Shown: positions 54,205 to 62,219 of the stretch, piece after piece
Position numbering within the stretch: position 1 is the first letter of the stretch
Layout: every line of letters begins with the position of its first letter
NCBI GenBank assembly: GCA_034438015.1
Contig: DAOTTD010000185.1
Location: 31,908-95,907, forward strand
Length of the DNA stretch: 64,000 nt
Reading direction: 5' to 3'
Origin: Ktedonobacteraceae bacterium
GTDB taxonomy: Bacteria; Chloroflexota; Ktedonobacteria; Ktedonobacterales; Ktedonobacteraceae
Translations under genes and position numbers: made by a program
Notes under the pieces: generated by a model
Told to the model about the DNA's origin: nothing
The model's database searches: none
The model's input: the letters and a program-made list of their open reading frames with translations, nothing else

Positions 54205-55377
54205 ATGGGTGCTTTTCAGAGGCTCTCGATCACAAAACAGAGTTCGACGCGTGATATTCTGTGGTTGTTTATTGCTACGCGCATTGTGCTCATCATTATT
54301 ACATATATCGCTTATATTCTGCTCACGGCACCTAAATACTCAAGTACGCCGGTGGATGTCGTTGCCCTGTTCACGACCTGGAACCGCTGGGACGCCGCTA
54401 ATTATGTAAGGATCGCGCAGTACGGCTACGAGCAGCGGGTCGACCTGGCCTTCTTTCCGCTCTTTCCCCTGCTCGTCAGCGCGATCGGGCACGTGCTGGG
54501 CAGTTGGAGCTACTTGCTCGCCGGAACGCTGATCAGCAACGGAGCACTACTGGGCGTGCTCTTCCTGCTCTATAGGCTGGCGACCGATGCGTTCGACGCG
54601 ACGACGGCGCAGCGCACGCTACTCTACCTGTGCATCTTTCCCACAGCGCTCTTCTTTTTCGCGGCCTACAACGAATCGCTATATCTCCTGTTCACGGTGG
54701 GGGCGTTTCTGGCATTGCAGAGGCAGCGGTGGGGGCTGGCTGGCTGGCTGGGCCTGCTGGCGTCGCTCACACGCTCGGTGGGTATTCTGTTCGTTATCCC
54801 TTATCTCTATGAATTGTGGGTGACGCGGGAGCAGGTGCTCACGAACGTACGCAGCTTCGTGATTAGCGTGTTGCCTGTCGCTCTGATTCCCCTGGGAACG
54901 GCGCTCTACGGCATCTACTGCTGGATAACGGTCGGCGATCCACTGGCGTTCGTCCATGTGCAGCAGCATTCGGGCCGTTACCTGGCGTGGCCCTGGCAGG
55001 GGATCTGGCAGGCGACTACGGCACTGCTGATCGAACCACAGGCGTTCGGCTCCTCCAACCAGGCACACCTGCTGCTCGATCTGGCAGCGACGCTCGGTTT
55101 TATCGCGTTGGTGATTGTGGGCTGGCGCAGACAGCGTATGAGCTACAACCTGTGGATGTGCTTCAATATTGTCTACATCCTGCTCTATCCGGCCCTGGAT
55201 AAGCCCGATATCCTGCTCTCCAATCAGCGCTTCGTGCTGGAACTGTTCCCGGCGTTTTTGACGCTGGCGCTGCTCGGCATACAGAAGCCACGCCTGCATC
55301 AGGCGCTGGTCCTGATCTTCCCCACGCTCCTGGCGGTCTTGAGCATCGCATTTTTGATGAATCGTTGGATCGTGTAG
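54205..55377 (+). CDS. GT-C membrane mannosyltransferase-like protein (PIG-V/GT76-like), tandem copy 1
   Basis: WNRWDAANYVRIAQYGY...AFFPLFPLL motif. About 9 TM helices. Confidence 0.55.
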   Translation: MGAFQRLSITKQSSTRDILWLFIATRIVLIIITYIAYILLTAPKYSSTPVDVVALFTTWNRWDAANYVRIAQYGYEQRVDLAFFPLFPLLVSAIGHVLGSWSYLLAGTLISNGALLGVLFLLYRLATDAFDATTAQRTLLYLCIFPTALFFFAAYNESLYLLFTVGAFLALQRQRWGLAGWLGLLASLTRSVGILFVIPYLYELWVTREQVLTNVRSFVISVLPVALIPLGTALYGIYCWITVGDPLAFVHVQQHSGRYLAWPWQGIWQATTALLIEPQAFGSSNQAHLLLDLAATLGFIALVIVGWRRQRMSYNLWMCFNIVYILLYPALDKPDILLSNQRFVLELFPAFLTLALLGIQKPRLHQALVLIFPTLLAVLSIAFLMNRWIV

Positions 55378-55460
55378 CATGTATTCGTGCTCTTGACTTT
55401 CCATCCCTGACTCCACTAGAATAACCAGGAAAAACTTGAAGGTCATTTTGAAAGCTGGTC

Positions 55461-56603
55461 ATGAAACGTGCTCCAACCCGCGATATAATCTGGCTCTTTC
55501 TCGCGACGCGCCTGCTGCTGATGCTGGTGACGTACTTCGGCTATATTCTGCTGACCGCGAGCAAGTATTCGGGCGCACAGGTGAACCTGGCGGCATTCTT
55601 CTCCTCCTGGGATCACTGGGACGCGCAGCGATACCTGTCGATCGCACAATATGGCTATAAGACGCCGTTCGATTTTGCCTTTTTTCCGCTCTTCCCGCTT
55701 TTGACGGCGCTTCTCACGCCTCCACTGGGTAGTTGGAGCTATCTGTTCGTCGGGATGCTGATCAGCAATGGGGCGCTGCTGGGCATGCTGTTCGTGCTCT
55801 ACCAGCTTGCCGTGGATAGCGGCGGCGAGCAGGTGGCACGGCGGACGCTGCTGTATCTGTGCATTTTCCCCACGGCGTTCTTCTTTTTCGTGGCCTACAA
55901 CGAGTCGTTATTTTTATTGTGCGTCACCGGAGCGTTTCTCGCGCTACGGCGGCAGCGCTGGTGGGTAGCGGGACTGCTCGGCCTCTTCGCCACTCTGACG
56001 CGCTCGGCGGGAATATTGCTGGTCATACCATATCTTTACGAACTGTGGCAGGCGCGCGAGAGCTTAGTGGTGAAAGGGCGCACGTTGGTGTTTGCCGTGG
56101 CGCCGATTGTGCTGATTCCGTTGGGCATACTCCTGTATAGCCTCTATTGCTGGAAGATGACGGGCAATCCACTGATATTCGCTTCGGTGCAGTATCACTG
56201 GGCGCGCCATCTCTCCTGGCCGTGGGTCGGCATCTGGCAGGCGCTCTTCGAGTTCTTCTGGAATCAGCCGTTTGGCTCATTTAATGAGGTCCACGTGCTG
56301 CTCGACCTCAGCGCGACGCTGGCTTTTATCACGCTGGCTATAGTGGGGAGGCGCCAGTTGCGCGGGAGTTATACGTTGTGGACGGGTTTTCTCCTGCTGT
56401 ACATAATTCTGACGCCGAGCATAGATCAGCACGATTCGCTGATCTCCAATCAGCGTTTTGTGTTGGAGATGTTCCCGGCATTCATTACGTTGGCGATGCT
56501 CGGTATACAGAGGCCACGCCTGCACCAGGCATGTATGCTGCTCTTTCCTCCCCTACTCGCCACGCTCAGTCTGCTCTTTGTAATGAACCGTTGGATGGTA
56601 TGA
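55461..56603 (+). CDS. GT-C membrane mannosyltransferase-like protein (PIG-V/GT76-like), tandem copy 2
   Basis: Collinear paralog of 54205-55377 (WDHWDAQRYLSIAQYGY...AFFPLFPLL; RTLLYLCIFPTAFFFF; NQRFVLEMFPAF). Confidence 0.55.
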   Translation: MKRAPTRDIIWLFLATRLLLMLVTYFGYILLTASKYSGAQVNLAAFFSSWDHWDAQRYLSIAQYGYKTPFDFAFFPLFPLLTALLTPPLGSWSYLFVGMLISNGALLGMLFVLYQLAVDSGGEQVARRTLLYLCIFPTAFFFFVAYNESLFLLCVTGAFLALRRQRWWVAGLLGLFATLTRSAGILLVIPYLYELWQARESLVVKGRTLVFAVAPIVLIPLGILLYSLYCWKMTGNPLIFASVQYHWARHLSWPWVGIWQALFEFFWNQPFGSFNEVHVLLDLSATLAFITLAIVGRRQLRGSYTLWTGFLLLYIILTPSIDQHDSLISNQRFVLEMFPAFITLAMLGIQRPRLHQACMLLFPPLLATLSLLFVMNRWMV

Positions 56604-56609
56604 AAGTTT

Positions 56610-58340
56610 ATGGCACAAAAAATTTCAGGAGCTATTCCTGCATCAAATGGTGAAAGATTGCACACAAAGCGCTCTAATGCGGACACGGGGATGATATTCT
56701 ATACGCTGGCCTTTGTCCTGTGTGTCCTGATCAGTGTCACGCCGCTTAACCGCCTGGCGGGTACGACTTTTCTGCTGGCACTCCCAACCAATACGTTGCT
56801 TATCGACGTGGGGACGTGGTTGCCGATCGACCTCGGCTTCAGCGCTCATGCTCGTGACTCGCAGCTCACGACGCATACCGTTCTGCTGCTCACGCTGGTA
56901 GCGCTGGCCTTTCTGATCTACGGATTGTGCGCCCGGTATATACAGCGACGCCCGCAGCAGGATAGCTACAGGCGTATCCTGGGACTGATCTGGATCGGGA
57001 CAATTAGCGCGGGACTGGTCTTTCTCCTGACGCCGGGTATGCTCTCGCACGATGCATTCGTTTACGCGGGTTATGGTCGTGTGCTCGCCGTACATGGGGC
57101 CAACCCTTACTTTGTGCCACTCACCAATTTTCCGCGCGATCCACTGATACCGTTCGATGACTGGAGCAATGCACCAGCCGCGTATGGTCCGCTCTGGCTA
57201 CTCATCTGCACGCTATGCTCCCTCTTTGCGGGGAGTGACCCTTTACACTACCTGCTGATCTACCGCGCGCTTGGATTAGCGGCGCATCTCCTGAACGCGC
57301 TCCTGGTCATGATGATTTTGCGCAAGATGGAATGCTCGTCGCGCACGGTTGCGCTGGGAACGCTGCTCTACGCGTGGAATCCGCTCGCGCTGCTGGAGAG
57401 CAGCCAGGGAGGGCATAATGACACGTTTATGGTAACGATGATCCTGTTGGGCATGTTCTTCTGCGTACAGGCAGAACGCAGGAAGATCAGGCATTTTTCA
57501 GATCTGCGCTACTATCTGCTGGCAATCATCGCCTTTACGCTGGCAACCCTGGTCAAGTTCACGGCTGCTCCGTTGATCGTCTTCTTGCTGGTATGGATCG
57601 CTCGCCAGACGCTCTACTCTGCGGCAAACAGTGACCTGCCGGTGAGGCGGCTGGAGTGGCGTCGTGCATCGTTAGCGGTTGTGGTGGGAGCTTTTCTCAG
57701 CGGGGCGCTGGCATTAGCATTTTACGCACCATTCTGGATCGGACACAGTATTCCTGCGATCGTGAGAAGCTTCACCTCGCCGCCGTCCGCGTATCAAGCG
57801 TATGGCTCCATTCTGTTCGCCATCATCAAATGGATAGGGGTTTACGGTCTTCCCACACAGGGATGGATGGCGCGTGTGCTGTTCGTGCTGAGTCTGCACA
57901 GCACCTGGAGCGCGCTCAATCTGCTGGTTGTGGTCGTTACGATGGGCGTGGGCGGTCTATGGTTGTGGCGCGTTCCGACAACACGCACGCTGGCGCTCGC
58001 CAGCCTCAGCGTACTGGGCGCGCTCCTCATCGTGACGCCCTGGTTCTTCCCCTGGTACGTGATCTGGCTGGTCGGCCTCGCCGCGCTCTGCGTACCTTAT
58101 GATCGCGTAGGGAGAGCGCTGGTAGGCGCGACGCTCGCGTTCTCAGCATCGGCATTCTGCATCTACCTCTACGCGCGCGGCATCCCACCGCTGGGGTCCT
58201 GGATCGGACTCACATTTCTCACCACGATCGGTCTCCCTATAGTTGTGTTGCTGGCGCTGCTGTTCTTTCCGCGCTTGCATAATGCCCTTGGGAGGCTCAT
58301 CCGCTATCTTGGTAAAGTTCGTTTGATTGGTAAAACATGA
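56610..58340 (+). CDS. Polytopic GT-C glycosyltransferase-like protein (MptA/MptB-like)
   Basis: SHDAFVYAGYGRVLAVHGANPY...APAAYGPLW loop motif. More than 12 TM helices. The start may be an internal Met at 56691. Confidence 0.5.
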   Translation: MAQKISGAIPASNGERLHTKRSNADTGMIFYTLAFVLCVLISVTPLNRLAGTTFLLALPTNTLLIDVGTWLPIDLGFSAHARDSQLTTHTVLLLTLVALAFLIYGLCARYIQRRPQQDSYRRILGLIWIGTISAGLVFLLTPGMLSHDAFVYAGYGRVLAVHGANPYFVPLTNFPRDPLIPFDDWSNAPAAYGPLWLLICTLCSLFAGSDPLHYLLIYRALGLAAHLLNALLVMMILRKMECSSRTVALGTLLYAWNPLALLESSQGGHNDTFMVTMILLGMFFCVQAERRKIRHFSDLRYYLLAIIAFTLATLVKFTAAPLIVFLLVWIARQTLYSAANSDLPVRRLEWRRASLAVVVGAFLSGALALAFYAPFWIGHSIPAIVRSFTSPPSAYQAYGSILFAIIKWIGVYGLPTQGWMARVLFVLSLHSTWSALNLLVVVVTMGVGGLWLWRVPTTRTLALASLSVLGALLIVTPWFFPWYVIWLVGLAALCVPYDRVGRALVGATLAFSASAFCIYLYARGIPPLGSWIGLTFLTTIGLPIVVLLALLFFPRLHNALGRLIRYLGKVRLIGKT

Positions 58341-58410
58341 TTACCATGTCAGTCCAGGTGGATCGGGACAGCCCACCTGATCCTGCCGCCTTAACGCCGA
58401 CATTTACACG

Positions 58411-59853
58411 CTATGAATCAGAGATCGCCTCAACCTCCCCAGGCTCCATCTTCTCTGGCACAGCCTTCCTGCGTACGCTGGAGATCAGGATGGCCAGGAC
58501 GAAGCCAAACAGGATGAAGTTGCGCAGCGTCGTTACGGGGTAGAACCAGGGTACGGATGGAACGCCCATGATGGAGCCAGATGCAGACATATTATAGATA
58601 AACGGATAAATGAAGGTCGTCAAAGCGCCGATAGCGGCCCAGGGAACGATCCAGCGCAGATTGGAGCCGCCGATAGAGGCCACCAGCGGCACAACCCAGA
58701 TCAGATACTGCGGGCTAAACACCTTCCCCGTGACCATTACGATCAGCAGGGTCAGCAGCATAGAGGTAGAGAGTTCGATCTTCTTGCGCCATTGTAGCCA
58801 GTAGGTAAAGAGCAGGCCAGCAACCATCAATAGCGTCTCAATGAGCGAGATCGGTATGGAGTAGGCATGCAACATATTCAGGGAGCCGTATGTGAACATA
58901 TACGTGATGGGAGGAGACCCCAAGAAGTTCGAGAGCCAGATCAACGACGCCCCGAACGACTCCACCTGGATCGGGCGCGTCTGGAAGTAGCTGAGAGGCG
59001 CGATCGTCCCCTCGACATTCAGCAGCAAAGAAACGCCCATCACAATGATACACACACCAATAAACGTGGCCAGTGGCCGCCAGCGACGCCATGCGTACCA
59101 ACGCTCGCGCGAAGCGAGCTGCTGCGCAAACAGGAGCGGGATCAGCAAAGGGACAGGATAGAACTTGATCAAAAACGCCAGGGCCAGAGCGACAAAAGCC
59201 CAGACCCAGCGTCTCCGTTCGGCCAGGATCAACGTCGCCAGTGTGAGGAGCGACGGCACCAGATCAAAACGGCCCGCCGCCGTCGCCCAGCCACCGATCA
59301 CGAGCAGAACAGCGCCAGCGATAGCAGATCGGCGCGACTTAAAGCGCAGCAGGATGAAGTACATGGCGGCAGCAAGCAGTATCATCACTATAGCGAAGCT
59401 CACCTGATACCAGCCAGGCGGCGAGAGCAGCGCCAGGGTGAAAGGTATTAGAGCAAGCATTGGATATTCATGGGGCAGGGCGTGAAAGCTATCCGTGATG
59501 TCCTGCGTCACTACGAAGTTCACAAGCGCGTCCGGCGCATGATACTCATTGCGCAGGTTATCCGCGATCTGAGCATTCGTGTAGAATTGACCTTCAGTAT
59601 ACAAAATAAAGCCGCATTGCGACGCAGGATACGACTGCACAGCTGCCATACCATACAAGAAGGTAGAGGCATAGCACTGATATCTGGCTGCATCCGTATT
59701 GGTGTTAAAGATCTGCCACGAGGCGCCACAGTAGAGCAATATTCCCATCACTACTACGATAACAACATCCAACAGGTAGGGTGGTCGCTTATTCTTTGTT
59801 AGCCTGGACACAATAGTTTCTTTCGTGTCCTGTCCTTTTGTATCGATATTCAT
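58411..59853 (-). CDS. GT-C fold membrane glycosyltransferase-like protein (DUF2029/GT87-like); paralog of 34968-36389
   Basis: Shares conserved blocks with 34968-36389 (see that entry). Confidence 0.6.
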   Translation of the reverse strand: MNIDTKGQDTKETIVSRLTKNKRPPYLLDVVIVVVMGILLYCGASWQIFNTNTDAARYQCYASTFLYGMAAVQSYPASQCGFILYTEGQFYTNAQIADNLRNEYHAPDALVNFVVTQDITDSFHALPHEYPMLALIPFTLALLSPPGWYQVSFAIVMILLAAAMYFILLRFKSRRSAIAGAVLLVIGGWATAAGRFDLVPSLLTLATLILAERRRWVWAFVALALAFLIKFYPVPLLIPLLFAQQLASRERWYAWRRWRPLATFIGVCIIVMGVSLLLNVEGTIAPLSYFQTRPIQVESFGASLIWLSNFLGSPPITYMFTYGSLNMLHAYSIPISLIETLLMVAGLLFTYWLQWRKKIELSTSMLLTLLIVMVTGKVFSPQYLIWVVPLVASIGGSNLRWIVPWAAIGALTTFIYPFIYNMSASGSIMGVPSVPWFYPVTTLRNFILFGFVLAILISSVRRKAVPEKMEPGEVEAISDS

Positions 59854-60231
59854 CTATCGCATCTCATAAACATGGGCATCCTGTATACTTTTATTACGCG
59901 AGGCAGGGCAGGTTCATTCTTCTAGATCATATCCGCCAGACCCGACTACACGATCCACATTAACAGTATAAATTCACGTACAAAACCGATCGCAGGGGAC
60001 AGTATAGAGACGTCTCGCGCAGCCTGTCAAGGAACCTCCGAAAAAATACATACTTTTATGTATGCAAAACTAACTACGTTCTCATATATAACGAGCCAAC
60101 ATCGCTTATGATTTCATCATTTTAGTCCTAAAATCCCATGAGCCTGGCGGGCATGTGCGATACAATAGCTATATCGAGAAGAAAATGAGAGAACGAGATC
60201 ATATTCGACGGGCTTCTTCTACATTCTATTG

Positions 60232-61047
60232 ATGAACAGGGATCCGAGATCGGACGGGGACGGAAATCTTATGGAAAGACAACCAGAACAACAATTGACC
60301 GATAGACGAGAGATCAATTTTTCGAATGGAAATCGGGCCCAGGCGGTTCTAGCGCCCGTCGGCACTCAAACGGACGAACTGGCGTCCATGCTGGGCATGC
60401 TGGCGCCGAGGAACGCCATTCTCATCGCGGGAGGCGCTTCGGCGATGGACAAAGAGAGCGACGACAAACTTTTTCCGTTGCTCATGAATGGCGTCGTTCA
60501 TCCAGCGACCTCGCTCGGTGCCCTGATCATCGACGGCGGGACGCAGACGGGTGTGATGGCACTGATCGGTCTGGGGGTAGCGCAACAGCAACACAGGCCG
60601 CCACTGCTGGGAGTCGCGGCGGATGGCATGGTCCTCTATCCCGGCAAGACGACCGGCACGAGCACATATGCCGTCCCACTGGATCCCAACCACTCTCACT
60701 TTGTCCTTGTAGAGACTGATATATGGGGAGTGGAGACCGAAACAATGTACGAGTTGGTGCAATTTCTCTCGCGCGAGCATTCCTCAGTTGCTATTCTGGT
60801 CAACGGCGGTGAGATTGCCAGAAGAGAAGCATTGTATAATGTCCGCCAGGGGCGTCCACTGATCATCATCGAGGGAAGCGGTCGGGCAGCAGATGAGATT
60901 GCGCATGCCATGCGCAACGCAAAAGCCTCTTCATCCGATACTGAGCTTGCAGAGATCGTCGCAGATGGGAAGCTGCACCTCTTTCCCCTTACTGGCCCTG
61001 CAAAAGAGCTAGAGCAATTGACCTTGCATCTGCTTCAGCGGAGATAA
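60232..61047 (+). CDS. SLOG-superfamily protein, TRPM-like LSDAT type (predicted nucleotide-ligand sensor)
   Basis: Gly-rich Rossmann-like motifs ILIAGGASAMD, IIDGGTQTGVM, LVNGGEIARRE, LIIIEGSGRAADEIA. Assignment from motif memory, not an HMM search. Confidence 0.7.
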   Translation: MNRDPRSDGDGNLMERQPEQQLTDRREINFSNGNRAQAVLAPVGTQTDELASMLGMLAPRNAILIAGGASAMDKESDDKLFPLLMNGVVHPATSLGALIIDGGTQTGVMALIGLGVAQQQHRPPLLGVAADGMVLYPGKTTGTSTYAVPLDPNHSHFVLVETDIWGVETETMYELVQFLSREHSSVAILVNGGEIARREALYNVRQGRPLIIIEGSGRAADEIAHAMRNAKASSSDTELAEIVADGKLHLFPLTGPAKELEQLTLHLLQRR

Positions 61048-61072
61048 AATCATCAGTTCATGGAGGTTTGTA

Positions 61073-61582
61073 GTGAAACTATTCAAGCGCTTTCCAAATT
61101 TCCATCCGTTATCAGCAGAGGAGCCGTATATCGTCAAACCTGCTGCCAGAAGCGATTATCCTGCCTTTGCCGAAGATTTTATTACGCTCGATACAGAGCT
61201 GATGAAACAATTTCGTGAGCTTGATAACGAGGCACAACGCCGTCAGAACTGGTACCGCTGGATGTACATAATTCTGGTGCTCGGCGGAGCGCTCACCACT
61301 ATTCTACTCATTGTTCAGATAGCATTCATCTCGATTACCGGCTTCGATCTCGCCGGGGCGGTGCTCGCGGCTGTGTTGGGGACGGCCACAGCCATATCGC
61401 GCTCCTTTAAACATCATGAACACTACTTGAACGCCCGCCTGGCGGCTGAACGGCTGCGCAGTGAGTATTTCTTATTTCTTGGACATATTGGCCAGTACGC
61501 CGACGATCAACACCGCGTACAAAATCTGCGTTTTCGCGTGAACGAAATACACAAGGAGGGATTGTATGAGCCAGCGCGATAA
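61073..61582 (+). CDS. SLATT/DUF4231-like two-TM protein 1
   Basis: GTG start 6 nt after a GGAGG RBS. Central hairpin of two TM helices flanked by helical regions (QNWYRWMYIILVLGG...; ...YLNARLAAERLRSEYFLF). Confidence 0.65.
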   Translation: MKLFKRFPNFHPLSAEEPYIVKPAARSDYPAFAEDFITLDTELMKQFRELDNEAQRRQNWYRWMYIILVLGGALTTILLIVQIAFISITGFDLAGAVLAAVLGTATAISRSFKHHEHYLNARLAAERLRSEYFLFLGHIGQYADDQHRVQNLRFRVNEIHKEGLYEPAR

Positions 61583-62045
61583 TATTCAATTTCTCGCACT
61601 CTACAAAGCGTATCGTTACGAGGATCAGTTGCAATTCTACAAAAATCGGCACCAAGAGTTTGAGGCGGCAAACACACAGGCGGTTACAATAAGTATAGTG
61701 CTGATATTTCTCACGGCCCTTACAGCGGGAGTTGCATCTTCGACTAACATCTCCTGGTTGAAGCTGACCTGTTTACTGGTAGCGGCGATAAGCCCGATCC
61801 TCTCCAGCGCGCTGGCAGGATACAGCGCGTTATATGGCTTCGAACAGCAGGCAAAACTGTACCAGGACACGATGAATAATCTGTTGCAAACCAGTACTAA
61901 AGAGCCCGACCTGCAACAGGATCTCAGCGATACCAGCAGCGCTGAGAAGATAGATGAGTACGTTTACGAGATGGAGAATGTCCTGCTGGTAGAACAGGGG
62001 CAATGGGGACAGTTAGCCAGGGAGTTGAAGCCATCCGAGGCATAG
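61566..62045 (+). CDS. SLATT-like two-TM protein 2
   Basis: ATG follows AAGGAGGG and overlaps the upstream gene by 17 nt. Two TM helices (VTISIVLIFLTALTAGVASS; LKLTCLLVAAISPILSSALAGY) and a C-terminal acidic helical tail. Confidence 0.6.
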   Translation: MSQRDNIQFLALYKAYRYEDQLQFYKNRHQEFEAANTQAVTISIVLIFLTALTAGVASSTNISWLKLTCLLVAAISPILSSALAGYSALYGFEQQAKLYQDTMNNLLQTSTKEPDLQQDLSDTSSAEKIDEYVYEMENVLLVEQGQWGQLARELKPSEA

Positions 62046-62219
62046 GGTATGCTATTCAGTTGTGTGAGGAAAGTGCCGCCTCTCAGGCATGCCAGCCAAT
62101 CAGGGCCAGGAGGCATCGTACATTATGTCTACTAGTCCTGTATCATAGTCTGGCTGCGAGCCGATATGCTACAATAGCATGGCAGCAAAATAGATCTTGT
62201 ACGGAACACGAGGTAGAGT

